This document shows positions 29,985-41,500 of a DNA stretch of 64,000 nucleotides, in pieces. The notes under the pieces were generated by a model. The model was not told the origin of the DNA and searched no databases. It saw only the letters and a list, made by a program, of their open reading frames with translations. The stretch spans positions 372,001 through 436,000 of the forward strand of contig OZ025654.1 of the NCBI GenBank assembly GCA_964019335.1, in the 5' to 3' direction. Position 1 is the stretch's first letter. Each line of letters begins with the position of its first letter. Source of the stretch: Diplonema japonicum. Taxonomy: Eukaryota > Protista > Euglenozoa: Diplonemea. The position numbers were made by a program, and so were the translations under genes.

Positions 29985-32506
29985 TCACAACAATGTAACC
30001 CCTATCATGCACGACCCGCTCACTTTGTCGCTCGCTGCAATTGCCTGCACCTTGTAACTCGATTTTAGCTCCTTCCCAACTGTGAGCTTTGGTACGAGGT
30101 CTGGCATTTTTAGGTCGATCCTGCCCATGTTGTCCTTCCCGATGAGATCCTTGTCGAAAATCGACACTCTGACACAGTCGGAGGAGGGCACAAGGAACGT
30201 GAATGATTCACGCCATTCCGGGTTAAGCGTCTTTGGAATCACCTTGGAAACCTTTTTCTGCGGGTTCGGATGAGAAGCACCGACACGGCCATCCTTAATC
30301 TCACGAAGCTTCACCTCGCAAAACGGGTCGGAAAGCCCATTGGAATCCATTGAAATCAAGTCGCTCCCGGAATAAAGCGTCACTTTAATCTGAACAGCTG
30401 CTGCACTGACGGGGGCGACAGTACCAGCGGACTTGACCTCACCCTTTCTCCGTTTGTCCTCTGCGTCGGCTCGCTTCTTGGCAAGCTTCATGGTAGTGGT
30501 GGAAACATCATCTTTCGCACCCCCGAAATCGACTGTTTTACCAGTACGATTGACAACACACCCATTTGTGCTGAATTGTCCTTTGATTTGATAATTCGCT
30601 TGTGTTGCTTTCCAATCAGCGGCAGAGAACTTCTCCGGCGTGTCGTATCGCTTCGGCTTGACAGGCGTTGCGAATGTGATTTCTGCCGCATCCTTGTCCT
30701 CAACAAACAGTGAGCACACCATTGATTTGGAAAGCTTCGCTTCCTTCGGCTGTGCCAGCAGGTAGTACTCCGTTCCGGGGGATAACGTTATCTCCAGATA
30801 CAGCTCTCGCTGGGAAGATGATTTTCTCCCAGCGGGCTTCGATGTTGCTCCGTTCACCACTGTCGGGATCCACATTTCTATGGCATCGAGCTCTGAGTCA
30901 GGGTGGCCTTTTGGTACACCACGAGGGTCCTTCTGATAGACAGCGAACCAGCACTTTTGCTTTCTTGACACGGTTATCTTTGCCACGATGTCTGTCACAC
31001 CGCTGTTGTAATTCCCTGCGATGTGTATTTGATCCCATGAGCCGTAGGTGTAGCACACGGAAACCTGGTTGAACCACTTCACAACATCGGCCCACTCCAT
31101 CCAGAAGGAGCCGTCGTCTTGCGCAACGAAGCCGCATTCTTTCTTCATCGCGGGTGTCCATGATTTGTCGGAATCGCTCCACTTCCCCTTCCACTCCTTG
31201 TCGTTGCCCCAAGGGTTCCTGATCATGCACAGCTTGTGGCCGTCCTTCGTTAGCTTCACCGTGATCAAGCTGTAGGAGTGCTCGGTGATCAGACCTACGC
31301 TTTGGTATTTATCCCACATCGCCCTGTGATAATTGAAGGGAGGTAAAAAAAAAAAAGGTATTTTCATACTTCTCGGCGACGGTGTGGAGGTCCTCAGGAA
31401 CGTTCATGAGATTCTTCCCCGGGGTCCCCAGGATTTGTAGGAATTCCTGGAATTTTTCTTTTTTAATACATTCCCACTTCCCCTCCTCTCCAAACCTTGT
31501 TGTCGTTGTCTAGAAGCGTCTGCCACATATCTTCCTTGAGGTCGAAGAGGCGTGCAGGGCAACCGGTTAAGTCGGACATGGCTCTGTTTTTTTTGGGCTT
31601 TCTTTTGTTTCTTCTTTCGGAATACCTGGTGCAGCTCCCTGTTTGGATCGCTGCGTACGACCCGTGCAGCTTCGCGTAGGCCTTCTCAACAAGACACACC
31701 CACAGCTCGTTGGGCTCTTCCCGGTTCCGTGCGAAGGCGGGCTTCGACCCTGAGCACGGGAGGAAGTCATCAACGATCACCGTCTGCCACCACCCGTTCT
31801 TGCAAAGCGTAATCCGGTAACACCCAAGCTCAGGGTCTTGCTGGTCTTCAAACATAGAACGAACAAGGTGCTCGAATTCAGCAACAGATGCCAAAGCACC
31901 CATAAGGTAGCAGTCGGCAAGGGCGCCCTGATCGATATCGTTGGGCTCGATCTTATCCACGAACAAAGTAGGTTTCAAACCAGTTCCCTGTAGGTAAAGT
32001 GCAGGGCGCTTCCAAGGGTACAGTTGAATGATTCGTTTTATCCAGTCGGGCTTCAGTGATGCGTCCTTTGGTGGGAAGTTTAAATCAACGAATCTGACGC
32101 CATGGGCGGCGCACTCGTCGGCAATGTGCTGTGCGGTGACAGTCTTCTTCCCAGACTTCTTCAGCAGCTCCATCACGAACTGCACGTCCGTATCTGTTGC
32201 GTCCTTTGACTCGTTGGCTTGTTTGTCTTTCCAGCTTTTGTCTGGTTCTCCCGAACCGTGGGACTTCGACATCCCTGTCCACGTCCCTGTTACGAACCTG
32301 CTGCTCTCACCGGGGTACACATTCACGACATACTTCCCGTCTTTTTCCGAGGTGCTGCCCAGTGCCCTAACGCTGCCCCCTTTGAAGCCGTAGCTGCATC
32401 GGAACATCTTGTCGCGAAGCTCGTTGTGGAAAACGAGCGTCTTCTCCCCGCCCTCCGGTATCGTCTCCAGGATCAGCCCTGGCTTAGCTTCCGTTTTTGT
32501 GCTCAT
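29985..32506 (-). CDS. Calpain: DUF1935-like, CysPc, domain III and C2 domains; 4 exons (32506-31626, 31583-31496, 31446-31370, 31323-29985)
   Basis: Removing three GT-AG introns joins ORFs 31463..32611 and 29985..31367 in frame. Catalytic triad: QGALADCY, EHSYSL, RNPWG. C2 motifs MDSNGLSDPF and FDKDLIGKDNMG. Confidence 0.9.
31324..31369 (-). other. Spliceosomal intron, 46 nt (calpain intron 3)
   Basis: GTATGA...CACAG; splicing gives AEK-AMWDKY in frame. Confidence 0.85.
31447..31495 (-). other. Spliceosomal intron, 49 nt (calpain intron 2)
   Basis: GTTTGG...TCCAG; removes the in-frame stop and gives DNK-EFLQILGTPG. Confidence 0.85.
31584..31625 (-). other. Spliceosomal intron, 42 nt, in frame (calpain intron 1)
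   Basis: GTATTC...AACAG; removal restores the calpain motif GSCTRAMSDLTG. Confidence 0.8.
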
Positions 32507-32619
32507 TTTTCTTTTTTTTTTGTTGTCGGTAAGGTCCTCCCTCCCCCGCCTTCTTTGTATTTCTTTTCTTCTTTTTTTTTCTTCTTCTTTTGCGCTTTTT
32601 TTTTTCTCCAAATCTCTGT

Positions 32620-32712
32620 TTCGTTTTCACCTACAGTAGGGATAAAACGGACAAGCTGCCTCTACTCTTCTTTTGCAATAACAATTCTTTTCAAAGTTTT
32701 ATAGACTTGTTC

Positions 32713-32717
<5 letters not shown>
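32620..32717. repeat. Repeat family A copy between the ankyrin and calpain genes
   Basis: Nearly identical to 59945-60039. Confidence 0.85.
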
Positions 32718-32744
<27 letters not shown>

Positions 32745-32785
32745 CAAAAAAAAAATACGAACGGGCTAGAAAAAGAATGGGGTTT

Positions 32786-33181
32786 TCACAGGGCAATCTC
32801 CTTAGAAACAAGGTAGTCACGTAGCTCCTCGTTTTGTATACCGATGAGCTCTTGGAGGGCGTCACTGGGCAACTGACTTGCCTTGAGCAGCGCGGTCAGT
32901 ACGCCGTTTGACGGCACCGCGCAGGCGTGTCTCAGAGCCCGGGTTGTGACATGGGCACCGTGTTGTAGGAGTAACTCGACGCAGGGGAGGGTCCGTTCCG
33001 TGGGAACGGTCAACAAAGCTGCCTCCAGCACTGTCTTTGCTGTTCTGTGGGTCGTAGCGTTGACATCGGCACCATTATCCAAAAGCACCTGGCAGCACTC
33101 CAACAAGCCGACGGACGCAGCGCTGTGCAGCAACGTCTCCTTATCACTTTGCCTTTTCTTCTGAAATCTTAAGGTGAGCAT
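32786..33181 (-). CDS. Small ankyrin-repeat protein (start uncertain)
   Basis: ETLLHSAASVGLLECCQVLLDNGADVN and CVELLLQHGA. ATG 33181 follows a pyrimidine tract and CAG at ~33200. Confidence 0.75.
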   Translation of the reverse strand: MLTLRFQKKRQSDKETLLHSAASVGLLECCQVLLDNGADVNATTHRTAKTVLEAALLTVPTERTLPCVELLLQHGAHVTTRALRHACAVPSNGVLTALLKASQLPSDALQELIGIQNEELRDYLVSKEIAL

Positions 33182-33397
33182 GTATTTACCGTGTATGGGC
33201 TGCAGCCGGAGTATAACACGGAAATGGAAGGGGGGGAGATAATCATTACTTGGCCAAAAAAAGAAATTAGCGGGCGGGGGGGGGGGGGGGGGAGAAAGTA
33301 GGGAGTGTAACAAGAAATAATTTGGTTTTTATTCTTTCTTTCTTTTTTTTTTTTTTTTCGTTCTACCGGTGTTCTTCTGAAGAAAAAGGTTTTGGTT

Positions 33398-33433
<36 letters not shown>

Positions 33434-33979
33434 CTTTTTTGCGTTTACTATGGAACCTAAACCTTAAAAAAAAAAAAATAGCGACACAAGGTAATTCTCT
33501 TTTCTTTTCTTTTTTTTTTTTTTTTTTTGTTTGCGTTGCGAATTCACCTGGGCGCTGCAGCGGGCACAAAGGGCCTTCTGACATATACCTTGGTACGAAG
33601 AAAAACTTTTTTAAAAAAAAAAGAGGGTAAAAGTAACGTGAAGGGGCTGTAAATTAAGTTAAGCTGCCACAAGTTATTTCGAAGTCTGAAATAATAGAAG
33701 TAATACTCATAGTAAAAGACAATCCCACTTGAGGACAGCCTCAGTAATAGAATACTATGACAGCACACAGTCTGGAATAATTTCTCTTTCCTCCTATGTA
33801 ACGCGCCCATGCTATTTCAAGGGTCGCACTTAAACTGCCATTCCTTGTCTTGACGAAATAGTGTGCAAACCTTTGGTAAGTTACTACCATAAATAGTGAC
33901 AAAAAAAAATATATATAAATATGTGTAAAGTAGATGAATAATGCTACGGAACTCAAAGAATAGTTTCCGTTTATTCCGT

Positions 33980-34490
33980 TTATTTTCTTCACTCTTCGTC
34001 ATTTTAATCACTCACTAGGGGCCCTCATAATTTAACGCGAAATGGCCATTTAAATAATGAGATTTTGGAGTTAAATTATGGGGCGTTAGAGTGAAAAAAA
34101 ATGGGTCATGCCGTGGGAAAAAATGTACCCAACCCCTTGAAAATTCTTTTGGGGATGGGGTATTTTGACTGTTTTTGGCCATCTGAGGCCATTCCAGCCC
34201 TTAAAAGTGGGAAAAAGTGCTTTACTTCCCCTAAAATGCCACGGCGAAATAGCTACCTCATATTTTATTACCTTAGCTGCGTGAAAAAAAACAGCAGTGA
34301 AAGCAGTGAAGAGTGACTCAAATAACGAAGAGTGAAATAAAACGACTTACTTGCCGCCAAATGAGCCATTATTTAACACTCGCTACCGTTTTTTTGCACG
34401 AGGGCCCTGCGGGCCCTCGTGCAAAAAGTTCAGGAGCTCGAGTTAAATAATGACTCATTATTTGTTGGCAATAAATAGCTATTTTTTCAT
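33980..34490. mobile_element. Composite palindromic non-autonomous element (TIR block plus GGGCCCTGCGGGCCC hairpin)
   Basis: ttcactcttcgtcattt (~33988) pairs with aaataacgaagagtgaa (~34320). A long hairpin centred at ~34402-34416 follows and ends in aaatagctatt. Confidence 0.65.
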
Positions 34491-34649
34491 TCACAACTAA
34501 ATAGGCACTATAGCAAAAGAACAAGAAAAAGAAAAAGAAAAAAAAAAGGAAACGGAGCGGGAGAAATACGAGAGATAAAAAAAAAAGGCGTTGTTTAAGG
34601 GCAAATCCCACTTGAGGACCACCCTTCCAAAAAAAAAAAAAAAGAATAC

Positions 34650-34707
34650 ATGAGTTAAAGGAAGTCTTTGTGAGACGCCCCCTTGTTCTCATCTACTACC
34701 TGCACCA
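34650..34707. repeat. ~58-bp dispersed repeat (second copy ~49063-49119)
   Basis: atgagttaaaggaagtctttgtgagacgcccccttgttctcatct.ctacctgcacc occurs twice. Confidence 0.85.
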
Positions 34708-34854
34708 TTTCTTCCCTCGACCCCCATTCGTTTCTACAGTTTTCAAGAAAAAAAGAAGAAAGAAAACGCTGAGCTTCAGAGGGGATAAAAATCTTTTTTT
34801 TTCCCCCTTTCCTAGAAAAGAAGGGGGGAAAATAAAAAAAAAGAATTTTTCTTT

Positions 34855-35340
34855 TTACAACAAAAGTTCAAATCTCGGTTCTTTGGCTGGTAGGGACTGC
34901 GCGTCTATTGGAGACCGTAGCCTCGCAACCATGGCTTCCTTGAGCTGGGGGGGTGCGGGAAGGGGACTCACGGGAGCACTTTGTGGTTCTTCGCCATCGT
35001 CAGACGTAGTAAGGTACTTATAGGTTAGACCTGCAATAATAAACACAGTGAAGACCCCAAGGGTAATGACAGCTCTCCAGTACGTAGTAGACAAGTTGAG
35101 GAAGTCACCGGGGCCAAAGGATGACTCCCCTACTATGACGATCTCTCTCGGTTGCCGCGTCCTTTTCACAACTGCTTCCTTCTCCTTCCGTCCAAAACCA
35201 TGCATATTCCTTCCTTTCCTGCCCCTGTGGTGGTTCCCCGTTTCGTCAGGCCACCAAGACATGTCCTCGCCGCCTTCGTCACAGCTACCACTGCTTGCGT
35301 AACACAGCAGGGTTAGTAATAGTATGTAGGGCTTTATCAT
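34855..35340 (-). CDS. Small type I membrane protein, function unknown
   Basis: 161 aa; signal peptide MIKPYILLLTLLCYASS; one TM (AVITLGVFTVFIIAGLTY). Confidence 0.75.
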   Translation of the reverse strand: MIKPYILLLTLLCYASSGSCDEGGEDMSWWPDETGNHHRGRKGRNMHGFGRKEKEAVVKRTRQPREIVIVGESSFGPGDFLNLSTTYWRAVITLGVFTVFIIAGLTYKYLTTSDDGEEPQSAPVSPLPAPPQLKEAMVARLRSPIDAQSLPAKEPRFELLL

Positions 35341-35544
35341 TTGTATTTTATTTTTATCCGATAACCTGTATCTATGACCCCAAACGAGGGCGGGTAAACA
35401 GAAATGAAAACAAATGTGAAAGGAATCTACTACTGAACGAGAAGGGGGGGGGGGGGGGGGATGGTAAACTCTAGATAACGAAGAACAAAAAAAAAAAAAC
35501 TGAAACAGATTCTTTTTTTTCCCTCTTTTTTTTTTTTTTGAATG

Positions 35545-38500
35545 TCAGTAAATATCATCGTGCACGGGCTGGTTCAACGGGTTGGTCTGGTTCCTTCCTG
35601 AGAGGAGTGTATGCAGTTCGTGGAGAACAGTAGGCCGCTCGCTATGGGCAGGCGGGGCTGGGTAGAGAAAAGGTTCCTGCTCCTTGCTGGTAGGGGGAGG
35701 CAAGGGGTAGTAGGTCCCCACAGTGGACGACCTCAGGGACGAGCTTCCTTCTCTGTCAGACTCCACCACGGCAGGCGCCGCCTTCACCTCCGATGACGGC
35801 AGGGAAGGCGGGGGTGGCGGTGGCGGTGGGACGTATCCCAACAACCTTCCAGAGCCCTCCTCTTCTATTTCCTCTTCAGGTGACTCGGGTTCCTGTATCA
35901 ACGGCTCTGCAGGGGCGCTTTCCTGTTCCTCCTGCTTTTCCTCTTGTTTTTGGCTGTTTATGATCAGCCAGTAAAGCATGTAGCAGCAACAGAGCAACAG
36001 CAGCGCGATCAGCACCCACACCCACCACGTCTCGTACCACTTGTCGTCTTCCGACGGAGCAGCGCAGGTTGCGGACTTGTTCACACCGACTTCCCCTTGC
36101 TGAGGCGATTGACAGGTGCATGTGTATGCTCCTGGTCCTGTTGTGTTGCATGTTTGCATTTCCCCACAGGGCGTGCTGCTGCATTGGTCTGGTGCAGTAC
36201 ACGTCGCAACCTGGGCAGTCCCCGTTCCTGACAAAGGCGCCACGCACCGACACTCCCAGTTTGAATCTTCACCGGAAGGATCTTCACATGTCTGGTCAGC
36301 AGCTGTGCACACACTACCGCTTGAGATGCACTCATCGACGTAGCAGTCTGCAGGGCCGTTCGCCACGTTGGTTCCTTTCAAAGGCGCGACGCATGTGCAC
36401 TGATACCCAGCACTATCGGTGGTGCAGGTTTGGTTCACGCCGCAGTCGCATGTCACGGTCTCTTTGGGCGGGTTGACCACCGGCTCGCAGTTGGCCACAG
36501 GGCCGCCCACCTGCCGTACTCCTGTGTTGTCGTCGCACGCACAGTACCAATCCGCCAGCGACCTTGCAGATTTGTTAGGGTCCGTGCATGTTTGGTTTGC
36601 TCCGCATGATGGCTGAAGCTGCTCACATTCATCGATGATACACATCGTGGGGCCTCCTTGTTGTGCCGTACCAACTGCCGGTGGTACGCACACGCAGCTC
36701 CAGATGTCGGATCCTTGTGGTACATAACACGCTTGCCCTATATCTGTGCACACCATACTGTGGTTGGCACAGACGCCTTGAAAGCTGCACACAGCAGCGG
36801 CACCGTTTGCCTTGCCTGTCGAAGACCCGGTACACTCACAGGTGACACCAGGGCTGTTGTCGATGCAAACCTGCCCTGCTGCAAAGCAAGGGTTTGCCAG
36901 ATTGCTGCATCCCGTTGCGCACGTGGCAACAGCACCCACTCTCTCGCCGACAAGCCCGTTCATGCACGAGCACACCCAGTTGTTGGGAACGCTGCTACTA
37001 GGGTCCCTGCACTGCTGACCTGCTGCGGAACAAATGCTGTTCCCCTCACACTCATCCACAGTGCAAACAGCTGCAGTACCCACTGCAGAGCCCACTCCTG
37101 GTGGCTTGCAATGACAAGTGACCTGTCCGCCCTGCTCTGTGCATGCTTGCCCTGCTCCTTGGCACACCGCACAGCCCGCAGCAACGCACGTCGCAGGAGT
37201 ACCCACAGCTTGCCCGATGAGTGGGGCCTTGCACTGGCAAGTCCAGTCACCCATGGTTCCACTCGGGTCCATGCAAGACTGTCCAACCGTGGTGCAGACA
37301 CCTGCATTGCTGAAGCACTCGTCAACGACGCACGACGCTGCCGAGCCCACTGCCGCTCCAGTATACGGCGTGGTGCACTCGCAACGCCAGTCGTTGGTGC
37401 TGCCTAAGATGGGAGAAGGGTCAACACACCGCTGGCCTTCAAGACCACAAAGATTGCCGTACCCTTTGTTTGCACAACTATTGCATGTCACAGCGCATTC
37501 ATCGAATACACAAGGGGGCACAAACGTCGCACTGCCCACCGGGCAGACACACCGCCAGCCACCGACATCTGATTGGCATGCGAGTCCTTGAGCCGCACAT
37601 GTGGCGCACAACTGGTTTGGGTGTGTGCATACAGCCTGCCCACCAGTTTGTGATCCCGAAGATGGACTCACACAGGAGCATATCCAGTCACTGGTGGTAG
37701 CAGCGCTTGTATTAGGATCAAAACATGTTTGCCCCACCTTAGAGCAGATGTCTCCGTTTGCCACGCACTCATCTAACGTACAAGTAGCCACGCTTCGCTG
37801 GCCAAAGCCCTGGAACGGTGCCGAGCACACGCACAACCAGTCACCTGTCAGGGAGGTGTTGGGGTCCTTGCACGACTGTCCTGCAGCAGCGCAGATTGCC
37901 CCACTTGCCAGGCACTCGTCGATCCCCGCGGAGCAGGCAGCTTGCGATCCAGTACTACTGGCTCCTGTTGAAGGAGGCTTGCAGCTGCACTGCCAGTCGT
38001 TTCTGATGTTCACAGACTGGTTGGGGTCCGTGCATAGTTGCTGTGCTGCAACGCAAACAGTGTCAGCGGTGCATTCATCGAAGTTACAATCAGCAGGGCG
38101 CCCTTTTGCATTCTGCCCATTCAGTGGAGGATTGCAAACACATTCCCAGTCACCAGATTTTGTCAGGTTGGGGTCTGCACAGCTTTGTCCAGCGGCTGTG
38201 CATACCGAGCCGCTTAATGTGCATTCATCCAGCGAGCACTGCGCTGCCTGCATGGTGACAGGCTGACCTTGGTACGGTGCCACACACACGCACTGCCAAT
38301 CATTCAGCGAGGCTGCAGTGTTGTTCGTGTCCTGACAATTCTGACCTGCAGGGCACACGCCTTGTTTACTTGTACACTCATCAAACGGGCAGAGTGCTGG
38401 TGCGCCCTGTGCAGCGTTGGAACCATCGATGCATTGGCACCTCCAGTCATTCAGGCTTGATGCTGCTGTGTTGCTGTCGATGCATTCCTGACCAACACTT

Positions 38501-41500
38501 GTGCAGACCGTCCCGTTAGTAGTACACTCGTTCAGCGTACAGGTGGCGATTCCAGCAACACTCCTGCCTTGCGAAGGCGGAGGACACTCGCACACCCAGT
38601 CGTTCAGCGTGACCTTGTTGGAGTCGATGCATGTCTGGCCGCTGACCACGCACACACTCCCCCTTACAACACATTCATCCAATCCGCATATAGCTGCTTT
38701 GCCAACTGCACTACCTGCACTTGGCGACCTGCATGTACATCTCCAATCTCCTAGGCTGCCTGGTGATGTGTCAGGGTCCACACAATCTTGCCCCGCCTCC
38801 CGGCACACTGTCACATCATCACATTCGTCTTTTGAACAGTTAGCTGTTTTTCCCACTCCGGCAGGGCCCACCTGTGGTGCTACGCATAGGCATTGCCAGT
38901 CTCCCATGGCATCAGACGGGTCGTTGCATGTCTGTCCCACCTGCGTGCAGATCGGACTGTACGGCACACACTCACCTGTGAATTTGCACGCAGCTACGGA
39001 ACGGACCGCTGATCCCGTTGCGGGGAGTACGCACTCGCACCTCCAGTCGTTTACTGAGTTAGGCGACGTGTCCTGATCGTTACACTGCTGCCCCTGACTG
39101 CTGCAAACACTATTCCCCTTGCATTCGTCAAGTGTGCACTCCGCCGCGTCGATAACTTGAGAACCTTGCAGAGGCAGCACACAGACGCACCGCCAGTCGT
39201 TCAGAGAGTCCGATGCCGTCGACCCTTCGACACACGTCTGGCCTGCTGCTTCGCAAACATTGCCCGACCCCGAATCAGCGCAGGTTGGACAAGGCGCCAA
39301 ACATTCGTTCAGCTCACAGACAGTAGCCATAGCTGCACTGGGAGCACCTGTGTAAGGATACACACAGCCACATGCCCAGTCACCCGCATCACTTGAAGGG
39401 TCGATGCAGGCCTGGCCGGCATCAGTACATATGCTGCTATAAGGAACGCACTCGCCTGAGTAGGAGCATACAGCTGCCTGTGCGACCGCTACCCCCACCG
39501 AAGGCGGAGCACACTCACATCTCCAGTCGCTAGTTGCTGACGGGTTCGTGTCTGGATCCTTGCAGAGTTGGCCTGCAGCACTACAGACAGAGCCAGAGAC
39601 GGAACATTCATCTATTGTGCAGCTGGCAGGCTTTGCCTCGGAACTCACGTTTGTGAGAGGGGAAGGACACACGCACCTCCAGTCCATGGTGCTGGAGGGC
39701 GATGTATTCGGGTCAAAACATGTCTGGCCTGCTTGAGCACAGACATTTCCGGTGCCTGTGTCTGCACACGTAGAGCACGCGACGCTGCATTCATCCAACA
39801 CACACGCAGTGGTGCCGCGGACAACAGCGTCACCCACCTGCGGGGGGGGACATTTGCACATCCAGTCATCGCTCCCTGTCGAGGGGTCGTCGCAGTATTG
39901 ACCTTGCTGAGTACATATTGTTTGAACTGTCTGGCACTCACCTGAAACTGCGCAGGTTGCAGCTGTTTTCAGTGCTTCACCCGTGGAGGGCAGTACGCAC
40001 ATGCATTTCCAGTCGTCAAGGCTCTTGTCCGACTTGTTGGGATCCATGCAGACCTGTCCTACTGCTGCGCATATCTGCACATTTGTGGAGCACTCGTCGC
40101 GGGCACATGAAGCAGCCCTGCCACGCGCCTTCCCTGTGGATGGTGCAATGCAAGAGCAGGTCCAGTCGCCGAGAGAGGAATACGACGTGTCAGGATCTGT
40201 GCACGTTTGGCCCACATCACTGCATGCAGTGGATGCGCAGGTCGGACATCTGCTCTTGCATTCATCTATCTCACATTGCGCTGGGGAGCGCGTGGTGGCC
40301 CTGCCGACAGCAGGTGCTACACACGCACACTGCCAGTCGTCAACTGTGGGGAACGGGTCAACGCACGTCTGGCCTACAGCAGTGCAAATGCCTGAGTTCG
40401 CCAAACATTCACCATCATACACGCACACAGCAGATGCTCCGATACTTGACCCCACAGCTGGAGCAACGCAGTTACATGTCCAGTCATTGATGCTATTAAC
40501 TGCCGTCTGCGGGTCGTGGCACGTTTGCCCAGCACCTGAACATGTGCTGCTTATATTCAAAGACATGCACTCATCGAAAACACACAAAGCGGTGGCTGCT
40601 ATAGCAGACCCAGTGGTAGGCGGCGGGCACCTACACTCCCAGTCACCAGTTAAGGAGGGTGATGTGTTTGGATCGAAGCAAGTTTGTCCTTTTCCCTCGC
40701 ACATACGGCTGTAAACAAGACATTCATCAAATACACAGGCAGCCGGTCTCATAGTTGCAGGGGTGCCTGTCTGCGGGGTAACGCACCTGCATTCCCAATC
40801 ATCAAAGGTGGTAGTAGGATCGACACACGTCTGGCCAAGCTTCGTGCACTGTGACTGGTAAGCAGCGCACTCACCGTTAAATGTGCATTGCGCCGCAGCC
40901 GTCACAGCTGAACCGTTCGCAGGAGCGACGCACCTACACATCCAGTCGCCCACATTTGCTGTCCCTGTGTTGGGGTCGTGACATTCCTGTCCTGCAGAAA
41001 GACAAATGCTGCCCCTTGTCATGCACTCATCGAGCATGCAAGAAGCAGCACCTCCGCGCAGTTTCCCGATGCTCGGTGCATTGCACACACACTCCCAGTC
41101 ACCGGTGGACTGCGGTCGCACATCAGGGTCGAGGCACTGCTGACCGTCTGGGCACCTCACACCCGTCGTGCATTCATCTAATACACATACAGCAGGCTTC
41201 CCAACCTGAGACACCCCGTCGGCTGGCGAAACGCATGCACATATCCAATCGTCAGAGTTGGTGCTCGGGTCACTACACGCTTGGCCCTGATTGGTGCATA
41301 CTGAGCTATAAGGAACACATTCCCCTGTCTCCACACAAGTTGCTATTCCTAAAACAGCCGACCCAACTGCTGGGTTCACGCATGAACACACCCAGTCATT
41401 GAGAATCTCGGGGCTGGTGTCAGGGTCAGAGCAGAGCTGCCCCTTTGAGTTGCATATTACGTTGCCTGTTGTAATGCACTCATCTAGCACGCATGTTGCA

